From Octopus vulgaris (taxonomy: Eukaryota): a stretch of DNA of 64,000 nucleotides. The notes under the pieces were generated by a model that worked only from the letters and a program-made list of their open reading frames with translations, did no database searches and was not told where the DNA came from. This document shows positions 1 to 14,426 of the stretch, piece by piece; within the stretch, counting starts at the first letter, position 1; each line of letters opens with the position of its first letter. The stretch covers positions 77,066,001 to 77,130,000 of the forward strand of contig OX597814.1 in assembly GCA_951406725.2 (NCBI GenBank), given 5' to 3'. The position numbers were made by a program, and so were the translations under genes.

Positions 1-113
1 GTTTCACAAGAAGAAACTAATAGAATAAGTCCAGGCTTATCAATATAAAAGAAGCACTACGCTGTGTCTCATATTTTTGTTTACCCACTCAGTTGTATCT
101 ATCAATTTATCTT

Positions 114-246
<133 letters not shown>

Positions 247-269
247 GGATGTATATGTGTACATTCATA

Positions 270-1942
270 TCTATTATATCAAAGACAATGTTTTTATGCG
301 TTTGTGTGTTACTTATACATTCGAAAACTGCTGCACCGATCTTAATGAAATTTGGAACACAACATCGACGCCTAGGGAGAAGGGTAATGCTGTGTGTTTC
401 ATAGAATTTTATGGACCAAAATTACTGAATGGATCCTTATGATATTTGAAACTTAGATTCAATGCATAAGGGCGGGTATAATGCAATATGTTTCGTTTGA
501 ATTTCAGATGGCTTAAAGGGGGCAGAACCCCCCATGAAAATTCATAAATTTTCGATGTTGATGAAATTTCAACCATGGGTAATTGACACACATCAAGAAG
601 TATTCTCAAAGTTTCCACTTCACATGAGGATTTTAAGACACCCTAATGGGGGTCTTAACTCCCAAATTTTAGTCATTTCTTTCATCATCCAAAACTAAGT
701 AAAAAGTACTGAATGGATCTTTATGAAATTTGGAAATTATATTCTATGCATGAGGGCCACAACCCCCATGACAATTCATATATTTTTGTTGTGATGTAAT
801 TTTAACCATAGATATTAGATACAAATGAAGTAATATTTATAAAATTTCATCTTCTTACAAGTTAGAAAGGCCCCTTCATGGGGACTTAACACCCACAATT
901 TAGTCATTTTATCTAAGCAAAGACAAATAGTTGTATTCTTTGAAGCTGTGGGGTCATCCGAGCATAGAAGATGAGCATTATTTGTAATTCAATGGTACAA
1001 CAGTGTAAGAGTTTGCTTTGACATACACTTACATTGTGATTTCTGCAATGTGCTACATAAATTGTCAAGTAAATGAGAGGCATCTTTGCTTCCACTGATT
1101 CAGTTGCAAAGTTTTGAGTAAAGTTATTTGATTGCAGATCTCCTTTCAGTCTTTTTATTACCTCTGGGTCACACATAGTCCACACATGGTAACATTGATT
1201 TCAAGGCCTTCCCAGATGAGTAACTAGTTATTCAAAGACATTTATAGATCTAATATTTATTCTGTCCAGTTACGTATCAGTATAGTGGTCATTTGCAAAC
1301 TCCAACTTTCATTTCTCCTTAGCCCTCACGTCACACAGTTGTTAATATTTATTTCAGTTGGGTCATGCCCTTCCAAATGCTATAGATTCGTAATGCATCT
1401 TACGGCTGTGCCTGTCACCAGCATGGAGGAATACTACATTGGGAGTTGTAACGACTAGGGTAGGGTAGCTGACTGCTTATTGTGATCATTCGTCTTTTGG
1501 TTTCCTGTAGCTTTGCTCTCTTTTACAAACCCAGTGAACATATATTTCCTATTTCAAAGAAATTCAAACAATAGATATGAGACTCAAGTTAAAAAGATTC
1601 TCAACAATTCAAATTCTCTGGTTGACATTAAGATGCCCACCCCTAATAGGGGCGTTAACTCTCACATTTTAGAGCTCCAATACATCCATTTTTCAGGAGC
1701 AAAATCCATTTAACAGGTTCTATAAGACTGGAATTTTGGAATATGTGCATAAAAATCAGTAGTATGGGATACATGTGGCACGATTACAATTTTGTTTGGG
1801 TGTGTAAAGAGGGAAATAACCCTCATCTGCAATTTTGATGAAATTCGAAACAAAGGTATTCCAGTTCATCACAGAAAATATAACAGAAAAGTCTAATTCT
1901 TCAAGTGTTTGTAACTCGGGCAACGCCGGGTAACTCTGCTAG
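270..1942 (+). mobile_element. Non-autonomous Helitron
   Basis: A|TC 5' end at 270; subterminal hairpin CTCGGGCAACGCCGGG then CTAG|T at 1939-1943; internal ~284-bp duplicated module (tactgaatggatc at 423 and 707). Confidence 0.75.
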
Positions 1943-2091
1943 TTATACCTAAAATCTCCAAGAAGTTAAGGGGATAGAAAAAGAACATGCAGACATACTC
2001 CAGTATAGAAGTTACTAAATTTTCAAGAAGATATACTTTGTTTCAGACCCTGACTGTCACTGATTTTTTGTTTTTATGGGGTCAGGTTTAA

Positions 2092-2200
2092 TGCTCTGCA
2101 TTTTAAAATGATATAAGGTTTGCATTATTCAATTAAATGGAGTTGCATGAAAGGATCGGACTGCATTACCTCTGGATATCCTTGACGCTTATTTTGATTT
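2092..2200 (+). mobile_element. Penelope-like terminal repeat fragment (3' part of the hammerhead-bearing repeat at 32614-32698)
   Basis: Similar to the reverse complement of 32585-32685 but lacks the CTGAAGA core. Confidence 0.5.
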
Positions 2201-2292
2201 TAATCACCTTACTTTGAGATTGTATGGATAATACCGTACTAAATTCTTGTGCCTCCACTTAAGTACCATATTCATCTGAATCTAAATTTTTG

Positions 2293-2388
<96 letters not shown>

Positions 2389-2576
2389 GGTGTTTGTAAG
2401 CCATTTAAGAAACACACAAAAGCCGGTCGATTCACTTCAACATTTAAGTTTAATCTTTCAAAATATTTTCGTCGCTTTAAGACCGCGAACTGTTCACCAT
2501 TCAGCTAGAGCCACAGTTGCCTCAACCTCTGCGCATGTCTGCGCATCTACAGCCAAGGCATCCCTAGCCCACTCTT

Positions 2577-3497
2577 AAACGGTTGTTGGTAGAAAGTAGA
2601 GCGTTTCACAAGCGGTTTCGAGCCCTTCCAGAAAAAGGAGAAGAGCTGTCTTCCAGCTTGTTCAACCACGAATCAGGACAAAGGACGAGGATTAGGTAGT
2701 AGGTGATGACCGATGCGATGAACACATTGGCTTCCTCCGCCCTCCCTTTCAGGGATAGCCACCGCCAAGACCAGGCCTTGACTATGTGGGTCACCCTGCT
2801 CGATACCTCAGTCGAGTTCTTCTCTATTTGGAGGCCTGGTCCAAACCAACTCCTAGCAACTTAATCGGACCCTTCACCAACGTCCCATGACGCTTTCAGG
2901 GGGCATCGATTTGCCTCTCCGAGTGCCGAGCAGCAAGCCGACTGACTTTTCACGATTAACTTTTGCTCCTGCCACCGTCTCGTAAACCTTAATGACATTG
3001 CCTACCCTCTGTAGGTGAACCATTTCGGTTACCATGATGGTGATGTCATCCGCATAAGCTTAAACCGACTTTCCACAACATGGCTGTCTCGGGATTCCGC
3101 TCAATTTACGCAGTAATGGCTCAAGAGCCATCACGTACAAAAGCGGGGAGAGCGGACACCCTTGACGAACTGAGCTTTTGATGTTGAACGACCTTGATAA
3201 GAAGCCGTTCACCCGAACTACCGAGTCGCTGTTGTCAGAAATCTGAATGAACCACATGAGGAAGCCAAGACCCAGGCCGAACTGTGCCAGAGTGGACACC
3301 AGATAGTGATGGTTACCCTATCAAATGCCGTAGATCGGTCTAAATGGACCAGTGCCCCACTCTTGCCAGAATCACTATTAAATCCCGCTAAAGTGTACCG
3401 TATAAGATGGAGATTATTTCTCTAGCCAACGTGAGAGCTAGAGCATTGTTGAAGGGTTCACATAATGTGTGACGAAAGAACTTTGACAACGCAACTA
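2577..3497 (-). pseudogene. L1/Tx1-clade LINE reverse transcriptase fragment
   Basis: SVRQGCPLSPLLY, AYADDIT, WSWRWLSLKGR motifs broken by stops and frameshifts. Confidence 0.85.
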
Positions 3498-3699
3498 TAA
3501 TATAAAAATAAAGCTGAAGTGAAAACCAACTGCAAAATCCGTGAGTTTAAATGGCAAAATATAGCCATTTAAAAGTATCACAATATCTGTTTCAAAACAT
3601 GGTTACACGTGAAGAATCTTGCAAAACAAATACATAAAAGAAAATACAATTTTTGCGCAAATAGCACGTGCAAATACAACCACCTAGGATGACAAAACT

Positions 3700-5975
3700 C
3701 ACAAACCATGCCCTGGCGGGGTCTCATCTGCTATCACACAAACACAACAAAATATAAATTTGTCGATGGGCGATTTAAAAAATGCAAAATGCATGTTTTG
3801 AAGAAATGGAAAAAGAGTATAGGAGACACTGAGAAAAGCAATAGCATATAAAACTAAATGAGTTGAAAGATGTAGATTAGAACGAGAGACACAAGAGGGA
3901 AGGGATATGGTACTGTAGGTGTAAGATATCCCACAGAGGAAGAGGAGGAAACGAAACACTCCTCTTTGACGGTGTTCATATATCTGGGTTGCAGAATGGC
4001 GAAAATAATAATGGAAAACATTTGACTAGAAATAGACATCTGCTGGTTGGTGGCATGAACAAAATAAATATCCTACAGGCGCGAAAACTGCATAAACAAA
4101 CCTTTTTGCGAGCAGTACTTGGATTTATCAATGCGAATGGATAGAACAAATTTACCAGATTGCTTCAAACTTCCATGTGACTGTGGAGGGATGAAATCCG
4201 ATGTTTCACCTGTGTGGAGACACAAATCATCTCAAGGCCTTTTCCCCGCAACAAAAGAGAAAATAGAGAGTCCCGCCTTTGCCGACACCACCACCACAAC
4301 AACACGCAGCAACAGCACCAGCAAATACTGCTGACCACTTCAGCTGCAAAATCAACATTAACATTAGCTTTACCAGTAATCATAGCAGCACCGACCTCAT
4401 TAACCGTAACAACAACATGAACAAGAGCAGTGAAGGCAACAGCAGCGAACAGAACAGGGAACTCACGAACATCTATGGCTTTCACATTTCAGACAGCAGG
4501 GAAAACAACAGCATCAGAATTCCCCAAAATAAGAAATTTATTATCAACAGAACAACAGCAAAAGTCTCGCAAAGAGATGTCCCACTCATGTTCGTAACAG
4601 TCAGACACGTCCTGCAGCCATGGAAACGACGAAGAGCCTAAATGTCAAAAAGTTGGCAGATCTGATAACATAAAGGGAAATAAAATATAGCCATACGAAC
4701 ACAAAATCTGGCAGGTATGATCAGAGCTGGAAAATATCTTTGTGAATAAATACACACATACCCCCCCACCGCCCACAACAGCAGCGTCACCAGTAATGTC
4801 AGCATTATTCCCATGGCTACCATCACCACCACTATTATAAAAAACACAACCCTCACGAGCACAGCATAATTCACACACACAACTCTCAGATCGCACATTC
4901 CAACACCAGCAAATGTCAAACATCATTAACTACACAGCAATAAGCAAGAACAATAAAGACCTGAAGGAACGCATATATAACCATACAGATAACGCAGCCC
5001 AGATTTATCACATAAACAAACAACGTACCAACGCACATAACAGTTATCCTTAGGATAGTTCGTATAAATGCACGTGATTTGGGGTCGCCTATGGAACATA
5101 GTCATCTACTCAGCAACCTCAGATCACGAAGTGTAGATGTAGTGGCTCTCAGAGAAGCTAGACTCTACAATCGTTCATGCCGATTTTCGGTGATTTCGCA
5201 CAGACAGGAGTAGGACAACAAGCCTTTTACATGCGTCTGGAGGTTTTCCTAGGAATTCCTGTTTTAGTGGGGGATTTGACTGTATGGGGGATAACGGATA
5301 GTAAAGGGGGGGGGGGGTAAAAGCCTCACAAACCTGCTGAGCAATGGGGTCGAGGAAATCAACCTATCAAATTCCTCTAACTTACTGGCCTTGTGCGAAA
5401 ATTTGAAAGCATTATTATTGTTATATTAGCTGCTGTCGCGTGTAGGACGGATCCGGCTATCAGCTGAATCGATAGTGAAGATTGCCCGCCAACTCCCTTT
5501 AACCGGGCGGGGCAGCCAATTTTTTATTTACCTGGTGGTTTTAGAGAAAGAGGTAGTGTGGTGGAAACGTTTGAAAGGGCTAAAGACATGCACTTTCGTC
5601 TTTGGCCAAACACTCATCAACTTCAAGTCTCACTTGAGAAGGAAAGTGAGGGTGAAGAGGGAAATGTTGTCTTCTATTAAATTTGTTGAAATGTAGGTGG
5701 ATGTGAGATAAATGGCCAGTGTGAATGGACCAATTCTGAGAATACACCTGTAAAAAGAATAAAAGGAGAAGGGCTCTTGCCCAGTTGATCAGGCACCCGT
5801 GGCTTTTGTTGCTTTTTCCGCGAGTAACCATTAAAGAGCCTACCACTATTGGGAGTTTTACTTGTTACTTCTGGATTGTTATTTAATGTTTACATGAATG
5901 TGAAAACCCTTTGTAACGTCTTCTGTTGTCTTTTATGTATAATTTATATTAGCCCTTGTAGCACATAAAAGAATA
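3700..5975 (+). pseudogene. Degenerate, internally deleted L1/Tx1-clade LINE (ORF1 zinc knuckle, APE start, 3' end)
   Basis: Degenerate CCHC (xHLCGDTNHLKAFxP near 4200); APE-like LRIVRINARDL, DVVALRE and VGD motifs at 5050-5280; ORF2 C-terminus KSHLRRKVRV; ends at an (ATT)n array. 5' boundary approximate. Confidence 0.65.
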
Positions 5976-5976
5976 A

Positions 5977-6065
<89 letters not shown>

Positions 6066-6101
6066 CATTATTTTTATTATTATTATTATAATCATCATTA
6101 C

Positions 6102-6188
<87 letters not shown>

Positions 6189-6221
6189 CATTATTATTAT
6201 TTTATTATTATTATTTTTATT

Positions 6222-6428
6222 GAATGAGAGAGCAGTGCATGCCATTAAAGTGACACTGGGGTAAAATATACGAAGCCCAGTATACCCATCATGACTACCC
6301 GTCTGATAAGGGTACACTAGGCACATGCATCACAGCCATATGTGCACGACATGGTGATCTCATGTCAAGATAAACAGCGCATGACCTTGTAAGTGGGGCC
6401 CAGTTAAAATTTTCTTCTGGTCGAGTAA
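6222..6428 (-). mobile_element. 3' fragment of TAA-tailed non-autonomous retroelement (family of 13682-14240)
   Basis: Reverse complement of 14036-14240; flanked by (TAA)n. Confidence 0.75.
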
Positions 6429-6495
6429 TTATTTATTATTATTATTATTATTAATATTTTTATTATTGTTAATACCACTATTATTATTATTGTTG

Positions 6496-6569
<74 letters not shown>

Positions 6570-6604
6570 TTTATATTTTTATTATTATCATTATCATTAT
6601 TATT

Positions 6605-6810
6605 TAGTGAGAGAGCAATGCATGCCATAAAAGTGACACTGGGGTAAAATATACGAAGCCCAGTATACCCATCATGACTAACCGTCTGATAAGGGTACTC
6701 TAGGCACATGCATCACAGCCATATGTGCGTGACATGGTGATCTCATATCAAGATAAACAGTGCATGACCTTGTAGGTGGGGCCCAGTTAGAATTTTCTTC
6801 TGGTCGAGTA
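6605..6810 (-). mobile_element. Second tandem 3' fragment of the TAA-tailed element
   Basis: Same ~205-bp sequence and same truncation point (tactcgaccagaag). Confidence 0.75.
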
Positions 6811-6830
6811 ATTATTTATTATTATTATTA

Positions 6831-6903
<73 letters not shown>

Positions 6904-6926
6904 AACCACTATTATTATTATTGTTC

Positions 6927-6999
<73 letters not shown>

Positions 7000-7039
7000 C
7001 ATTATTATTATTAATATTATTATTATTACTATTATCATT

Positions 7040-7254
7040 ACTCTTTACTGTTTTACTCTTTTACTTGTTTCAGTCATTTGACTGCGGCCATGCTGGAGCA
7101 CTACCTTTAGTCTAGCAAATCGACCCGGGACTTATTCTTTGTAAGCGCAGTACTTATTCTATCGGCCTGTTTTGCCGAACCGCTAAGTGACGAGGACTTA
7201 AACACACCAGCATCGGTTGTGAAGCGATGGTGGGGGGGACAAACACAGACACAC

Positions 7255-7333
<79 letters not shown>

Positions 7334-7499
7334 TACGACAGGCTTCTTTCAGTTTCGTCTACCAAATCCACTCAAAAGGCATTGGTCAGCCTGAGGCTAT
7401 AGCAAAAGACACTTGCCCAAGATGCCACGCAGTGGAACTGATCCCGGAACCGTGTGGTTGATAAGCAAGCTACTTACCACACAGCCACTCCTGCGCCTA
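7040..7499 (-). mobile_element. tRNA-derived cephalopod-type SINE with central microsatellite
   Basis: Head ggcgcaggagtggctgtgtggtaag (A-box-like) with B-box-like motif, central (TA)/(TG) tract, (AAAAGAGT)-like tail; several homologs in the window. Confidence 0.85.
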
Positions 7500-7508
7500 T
7501 GACGCCTA

Positions 7509-7540
<32 letters not shown>

Positions 7541-7542
7541 GA

Positions 7543-7647
<105 letters not shown>

Positions 7648-7815
7648 TATTATTATTATTATGATTATTATTATTATTAAAATTATCATTATTATTATTA
7701 TCATTATTATTATCATTGTTGACATTATTATTATTATTAATATTATTATTATTATTATTATTATTAACATTATTATTATTATAATTTGTATTATTATTAT
7801 TATTATTATTATTGA

Positions 7816-7870
<55 letters not shown>

Positions 7871-7960
7871 ATTATTATTATTATTATTTCCATTATTATT
7901 ATTATTATGATTATTATTAATATTATTATTATTAAAATTATCATTATTATTATTATTATT

Positions 7961-9749
7961 ACTCTATGTTTGACTTTTGCTTTATGTCTGTACAAGTTGG
8001 CTCCAAGTCTCACCCAGAGACCTCAAGAGACAACAGGTTGGAAGTTCTGTGCCATATATTTGGGTTTTTTTTTTGGTGTTGTACTAGTGAATGTCTAATA
8101 CATAAAAAAAAAAATAATAATAAAATAAAATTTAAAATAATAAAATAAAAGTAAAAAAAAATAATAATAATAATAAATAAAATAAAATAAAAATAAAAAG
8201 TTTGTTTTAAACCTTGGGATTACATAGAGAGTATTTTGCGTAGGATATGAGCAGTTCCCATGAGCACTATCTTTTGAATTTCTGCCATTCTGGGGTTTCC
8301 TGGTATCTGAGTTAGGTAGCAATCAGTCCCTTTCGCTATCATTCCCAGGGCACGTATGACAACAGGTATTGTTTTAGTCTTCAGCTTCCACATTTTGCTG
8401 ATTTCTATTTCAAGATCTTTATATTTGCTCAGTATTTGGTAGGTCTTGACAGATACGTTTATATCGATTGGGACAGTCATATCAATGAAGAGGCATGTTC
8501 TTTGTCTGAAGTCTTTCAATATGATGTCTGGCCTATTTGCATCTATCTTCCTGCCAGTTTGAATGGTGATGTTCCAGAGGAGTGAGATGTGGTCATTTTC
8601 AAGCACAGGAGGTGGATTGTGTTCCCACCAGTTTTTTTCATGGGGCAAATCCAGGTTTTAGCAAATTACCCAGTGAATATATTGTGCAGCTCTATCATGC
8701 CTATTGAGGTACTCTGTAGGCGCTAGAAGACTGCATTTGGAGACAACATGGTCAATGGTTTCATTTTGTTGTCGGCACACACTACATTTTGGGCTACTGC
8801 CGTTCTTTAATTTGTTGGCCTGGTAGTTTCTTGTTGGTAGGCATTGATCTTGAGCTGCTATGATAAACCCCTCTGTTTCAGATTTTAAGCCAGAGGCCAT
8901 TAGCCATTGATGGGTCAGGGCTTTGTCGATATCTGCATTATTCGCTCTCTTTGGGTACTTGCCATAGAAAGGTTTTTCTTGCCATTTATTATTCAGAATA
9001 TCTAAGGCCGCAGTTTTGGCACGGGTTTTCATGCGCCTAGCTTTTTCCGTGCTTGTTTCTGGTATATATATCTCTAATTCCGAAATTGGTTGCATTCGGA
9101 ATTCACTTAGATATTCCTTTGCCTGTTTTGTGAATGAGTATGATGCTTTCTTGTTTTCATGTTTTGAGACAAGTTTTAACATCCAGTCCTCAGAGTTTTT
9201 CAGGTAGGTGTCTAGGCCAATTGTAGCAATCTTCATTGTTATTGCCAGTTGTAAAAGACCACGGCCTCCCTCTTTTCTTGGCAGATAGAGTCGTTCTGTA
9301 TCTGCCTTAGGGTGGTGCATTCTATGCATTGTCAACAGTTTCCTTATTTTTCTGTCGAGCTGACATATTTCAGTAATCGACCAGTTAACAATATTGAAAC
9401 TGTAAGTCACGACTGGTATGGCTAATGCATTGATCGCTTCGATCCTGTTTCTTGCATTCAGCTCTGTCTTGAGTATTGCTCTCACTCTTCGATAGCATTC
9501 TCTCCTGATCCTTTCCTTCATCTCTGAATGCCTTATTCCGTTCCCTTCAATTACCCCTAGGTACTTGTAGCTCTCCGCTGGGTCTAGTTCTTTTATGACA
9601 TTCTACTGGTCAAGGTTAACGTTAGATGTTTCTGTCATTTTTCCTTTGATAAAGGTAGCTTTTGCACATTTATCGAGGCCGAATTGCATTCTGATGTCGT
9701 CACTGAATTGTTTGACTATCGCTAGTAAGCCCTTGAGTTGTTGGTCATT
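7961..9749 (-). mobile_element. R4/Dong-clade LINE family 1, 5'-truncated (copy A)
   Basis: RT C-terminus, CxxC...DHVVSKC knuckle, RHD, RPDII...FIDM...KYKDL restriction-like endonuclease; nonsense codon at 8658-8660; (TAA)n on both sides. Confidence 0.9.
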
Positions 9750-9780
9750 ATTATTATTATCATTATTTTTATTATTATTA

Positions 9781-9848
<68 letters not shown>

Positions 9849-10095
9849 ATTATTATTATTGTTATTATTATTATTATTATATATATATTGTGAAGTATAT
9901 TTGCCACATAAATATGGCTAGCCCTTAAGAGTTTATACGATTGTAGCTTGTAGCCAGCTGGAGAAGACGTTTTCCTGGGGCTACAAGCTACAGTAGTATC
10001 AACTCTTAAGTGCTAGCCACATTTAAGCGGCAAATATACTTCACAATGTCGTGCAGCTACTGTTTATACCTAGCTCAGAGATTTGTTATATATAA

Positions 10096-10126
<31 letters not shown>

Positions 10127-10961
10127 TGCGTGTGTATGCGTGTGTATGTGTGTGTGTGTGTGTCTGTGTGTGTGTGCGTGTGCGTGCGTGTGCGTGTGTG
10201 TGTAACTTATGGACACAAGCTTGATATAGTGATAAAGTGTAGTCCCTATGAACCTATAACTATGTAATATGTAGACAACCCTGGCGGTATTTAGACTCAG
10301 AAATCAGGCGTTGCAACAGAATCTTGCAAGAGTTTAATATTTCTATCAAATTGCCATCATACTGATACTGGAAAATATACAAAATTTCTATGTTTATAAA
10401 GTAACAGATACAGCTGAGTTCAGACGTAACCGGTGTTGGGATTTGATTGACAAAATCGCTAGTGCTTCGTGCTGGGTTCGTTTCATTCATTTATATACTT
10501 TTCCCAACAGATCTGTAATGATCTCCATAATTATTTTTAAAAAAGTCAGTATTAATGACATCAGCTTGCTGATTCTATGGTGGTAACCAACTCTTCTAGC
10601 CGTAAGAAATGTTTAACGGTCAATGCATAGATAATAATTTCGTCTATTTATGTTAGTGTGGAGTGTATGTTGTGTTATTTAACCTCTATGGCTAGGACAT
10701 GCAACATAGAAAGTGGAACTAGATTATGTACTACCGAATCAGATCAAACACCTCTCTGTGGTCGCTAGACTTGTTAGAACACTTTCAAATCACAATATAT
10801 TGTAATGAAAGGCTAAAGCACATGGGATAATGAGTGTAGTTGTAGAGTGGCAGTTTGGAAATAAGAAGAGATTCTTCTGATCCTGCAAATGAATCAATAG
10901 TGATATTGATAGCTAAATGTAATATGAAAGAAAAATAAATGAAAAACGAAATATTACTTAC

Positions 10962-11039
10962 CAAGTATTTGCTGGGATGACTTGGATTGAACACTTTTGC
11001 TTACAAGCAAAAATATACAAGCTACAAGTACCACTTCAT
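10962..11039 (-). pseudogene. Putative first coding exon (signal peptide) of a secreted protein; 1-nt frameshift as assembled
   Basis: ATG at 11039; restoring one base (TGG[G]TA) gives MKWVLVACIFLLVSKSVQSKSSQQIL followed by a phase-1 donor G|GTAAGT at 10961. Confidence 0.55.
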
Positions 11040-11084
11040 TGTCGATGCCAGTTTCAAGATAGCTTGTCTTTACAAGTAAAGATT

Positions 11085-11110
11085 CAATGCAAAACACCCC
11101 TATTTAAAGC
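11085..11110 (-). promoter_or_regulatory. TATA-like box and possible initiator for the signal-peptide exon
   Basis: TTTAAATAGGGG about 65 nt upstream of the ATG, followed by GCATTG. Confidence 0.3.
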
Positions 11111-11439
11111 CTTCATGCCGGATATATGACGCATTTGAAAAGCAGTAACCCTTTTCTGTTTTTAGACTTATGTTATTGACCAAACTATAATCCATTGTGA
11201 CACGTGAACGTCAATTACGTATTACTAGCGTAACGCATGGATTCCCCCTGTGTAAGTCAGCATATTTGGAAACATTATGTCGATATATTAAACACAAGCA
11301 AGGTGTATCAATAAATTCAAACAAAATACTGCCATTCAATAAAAAAAGAGATTGTTTTCAAAGTATTGTTTATTTACCTCCTTGTAATACGTTTAAAAGT
11401 TATTATGTGCTTTATAGTTTAAGGAAATAATATGGCGCA

Positions 11440-13640
11440 TAAAAGGGATGCAATGTGGGTAGAAACTATCAAGACAGAATTACAAGGAGGAAAGAAACAA
11501 AGGAATATTGTCATATGCACGGGTGATGTGAAAGAACAAATTGGTAAAGTGCCTAACTGGAAAGCCCCCGGACCAGCTGGGATTCATGGCTTCTGACTGA
11601 AGAGATGCCACGCGGTGCATGAAAGACGAGCAGCCCAACTGAATGAGTGTGTCCAGAAAGGCACAGTTTCCGCGTGGATGGTGAGTGGGAGGACAACATT
11701 TATAATGAAAGATAGAAGGGGAATATTATGGGAAACTACCGTCCCATAGCATGCCTAAACATAATCTGGAAGATACTCACTGGAATATGTGCGTCAAAGA
11801 CATACACTTTCCTGGCACAAGAAGAAATACTACCAAGGGAACAAAGGATGTAGGAAGAGTTCTCAGGGTATCAAGGATAACCTGGTTATGGATAAAACAG
11901 TTTTGAGGCATTGTGAAAAACATCATAAAAACATGTCTATAGCTTGGATTGATTTTAAGAAGGCATACGATATGATGCCTCATTCTTGGATCGTTGAATT
12001 CCTGCAGATGTTTGGTGTTGCTGACAACATCACAAATTTTCTGATGCAAAGCATGAAGGAGTGGCAAACCAAATTGCACTCAGGTAGTGTATTCCTTGGA
12101 GAAGTTAATATTAAAAGGGGAATCTTCCAAGGCGACCCGTTTTCTCCGTTACCATTTGTAATTGCACTAATACTCATAACAATGACACTTCGGAAAGTTA
12201 AGATGGGTTACTCATGTGGGAAAAAAGGCCCAACGTTGAACCATCTTCTGTTTATGTATGACCTGAAATTGTTTGGGAAAGCTGTAAAAGAGATAGATTC
12301 CTTAACCAAAACAGTCTAGAAGTATGGTAGGGGTATTGGTATGGAATTTGGGATTACCAGATGCTCAGTACTTAATATGAAAAGAGGGAAGAAAGCATCC
12401 TGCAGAGGATTGCGGTTACCATTAGGAGAGACCATGATTGAACCTGATGGTAGTGGGTATATATATTTAGGGATTTTGAAACTGGATGACATTCTACACA
12501 GAGAAATGAAAGTCAAGGTCAGCGAGGCATATCAAAAAAGGGTGAAGATGGTGTTGAAATCGAACCAGAATGCCAAAAATTTGATTTAACGCAATGAATA
12601 TATGGGCAGTTGCGGTGGTCAGATATAGTGCGTCCATCCTCAAAGGGTCTAAGGAGGAAATATCAACGCTGCATAGAAGGACAAGAAAGTTGATGACGCT
12701 ACATGGGGCGCTACACCCTAAAGCAAACGTAAACAGACTGTATATGAAAAGAAAGAATGGTGGTAGAGGACTAATTAGTATAGACCCTGTATAAGGAGTG
12801 AAAGTAGAACGCTTGCCGAGTATTTGATAAATAGTGATGAAGACCTGCTGCAATATGCCACGAAAGATATGGGTGTAAATGCAGATGAAATTATGGGTAA
12901 GGAAGAGTTTAACCAAAGAGCTGAGGGGAAGAGAAAGGAAGACCTTTTTGAAATGAGAATGCATGGACAGGTTGAAAGGAATGACACCAGAAATGCAGAC
13001 TATGTGGAAAGTGTGTGGAAAATGTGACCCACTTGGTAAGTGGATGTGAGAGCCTTGCACAAAAAGAATACAAGCGCAGCCACGATAAAGTGTGTGTGTA
13101 TCTTCATAGGCTCTTATGCCGTAAATACCAATATGAAGTAACAGAGAACTGGTATGAGCATGTACTAAGTAAAGTTATGCAGCAGGATGGAAAACTAAAG
13201 ATACTCTGGGACTATGATCTTAAAACGGATCGTGTAATCATACACCGTCGGCAGGATATTGTCATATTGAATAAGAGAGACAAATACTATCAGATCATTG
13301 ATGTAGCCAAACCAAATGACATGAATGTTGTGAGTAAAGAGGTTGAAAAATCAATAGTACTCCAAATTGAAAGTAGAAATGGCAAGATAGTATGGAATGC
13401 GAGAAGGTAATGTAAAAGTGATACCAGTGGTGATCGGAGCTTTGGGCTAAATCTCATTGTAACTTCAAGACTTCTTAAGGCAACTGGAAATCCCATGCAA
13501 GATTGATGTCCTGAAAAAAGCAGCCTTATTGGGCACAGCGCATATCTTAAGTATTATCTATCTGAGGTCCTTGTTGTGAGTTGACAGATGACTAAAGACT
13601 CCGGTACATTTTTACCTGTACTGTTTTACGAAGGAGTAAT
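11440..13640 (+). mobile_element. Degraded R4/Dong-clade LINE family 3 (copy B)
   Basis: NWKAPGP, AWIDFKKAYD, RGIFQGDP, HLVSGC, LWDY..KTDR...QDIV; many stops and frameshifts; followed by an (AAC/AAT) tail. Confidence 0.85.
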
Positions 13641-13681
13641 AAGAACAACAACAACAGCAGCAACAATAACAATAATAATAG

Positions 13682-14240
13682 TAAATGCCCTGATGCAGTA
13701 GCAGACAGTGGCTCTCATGGCTTCTGATCTTAACTGATTGGGAGTGTTATAATGTGCATCGTTTTGTCTTGGTATAAAAGATGGGCTACAGTAAATATTC
13801 TGCTCAATACCACAGATTTGCTTGTCAGTTGTTTGACCTTAACCAGTTGAGCATGTTCCTTAATGGCTGACGATATGTGCATCTCTGTTCACGAGCAGAA
13901 ATAGTGGAGGAGCATCATAACCGTGTGTTGAAAGGAATTCTTAGAGGTTCGGATAATTCACCTTTGGAAACATGGGTGGTTTGTTCAACATCCTTAAACA
14001 ATCCTTATTTAGGTACCTTTTGAGCGGGATGGGCTACTCGACCAGAAGAAAATTCTAACTGGGCCCCACCTGCAAGGTCATGTACTGTTTATCTTGATAT
14101 GAGATCACCATGTCACGCACATATGGTTGTGATGAATGTGCCTGGTGTACCCTTATCAGACGGGTAGTCATAATGGTTATGCTGGGCTTCCTATATTTTA
14201 CCCCAGTGTCACTTTGATGGCATGCACTGCTCTCTCACTC
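13682..14240 (+). mobile_element. ~560-bp TAA-tailed non-autonomous retroelement (longest copy)
   Basis: Non-coding, flanked by (AAT)n; its 3' ~205 bp recurs at 14427, 6222, 6605 and 48778. Confidence 0.7.
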
Positions 14241-14259
14241 AATAATAATAATAATAATG

Positions 14260-14290
<31 letters not shown>

Positions 14291-14336
14291 TAATAATAAT
14301 AATAATAACAACAACAACAATAATAATAATAGTGGT

Positions 14337-14407
<71 letters not shown>

Positions 14408-14426
14408 TAATAATAATAATAGATAA

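Noticed and set aside
2383-2432. Hammerhead-like cagaagg...aaaagccggtc
   Set aside because: Both core segments are mutated; at most a dead Penelope terminus
5978-7040. Repeat-spacer-like alternation suggesting a CRISPR array
   Set aside because: Units are ~205-bp element fragments separated by microsatellite; no unique spacers or cas genes; eukaryotic context
7400-7499. tRNA-like sequence
   Set aside because: SINE head continuing into the SINE body; no complete cloverleaf seen
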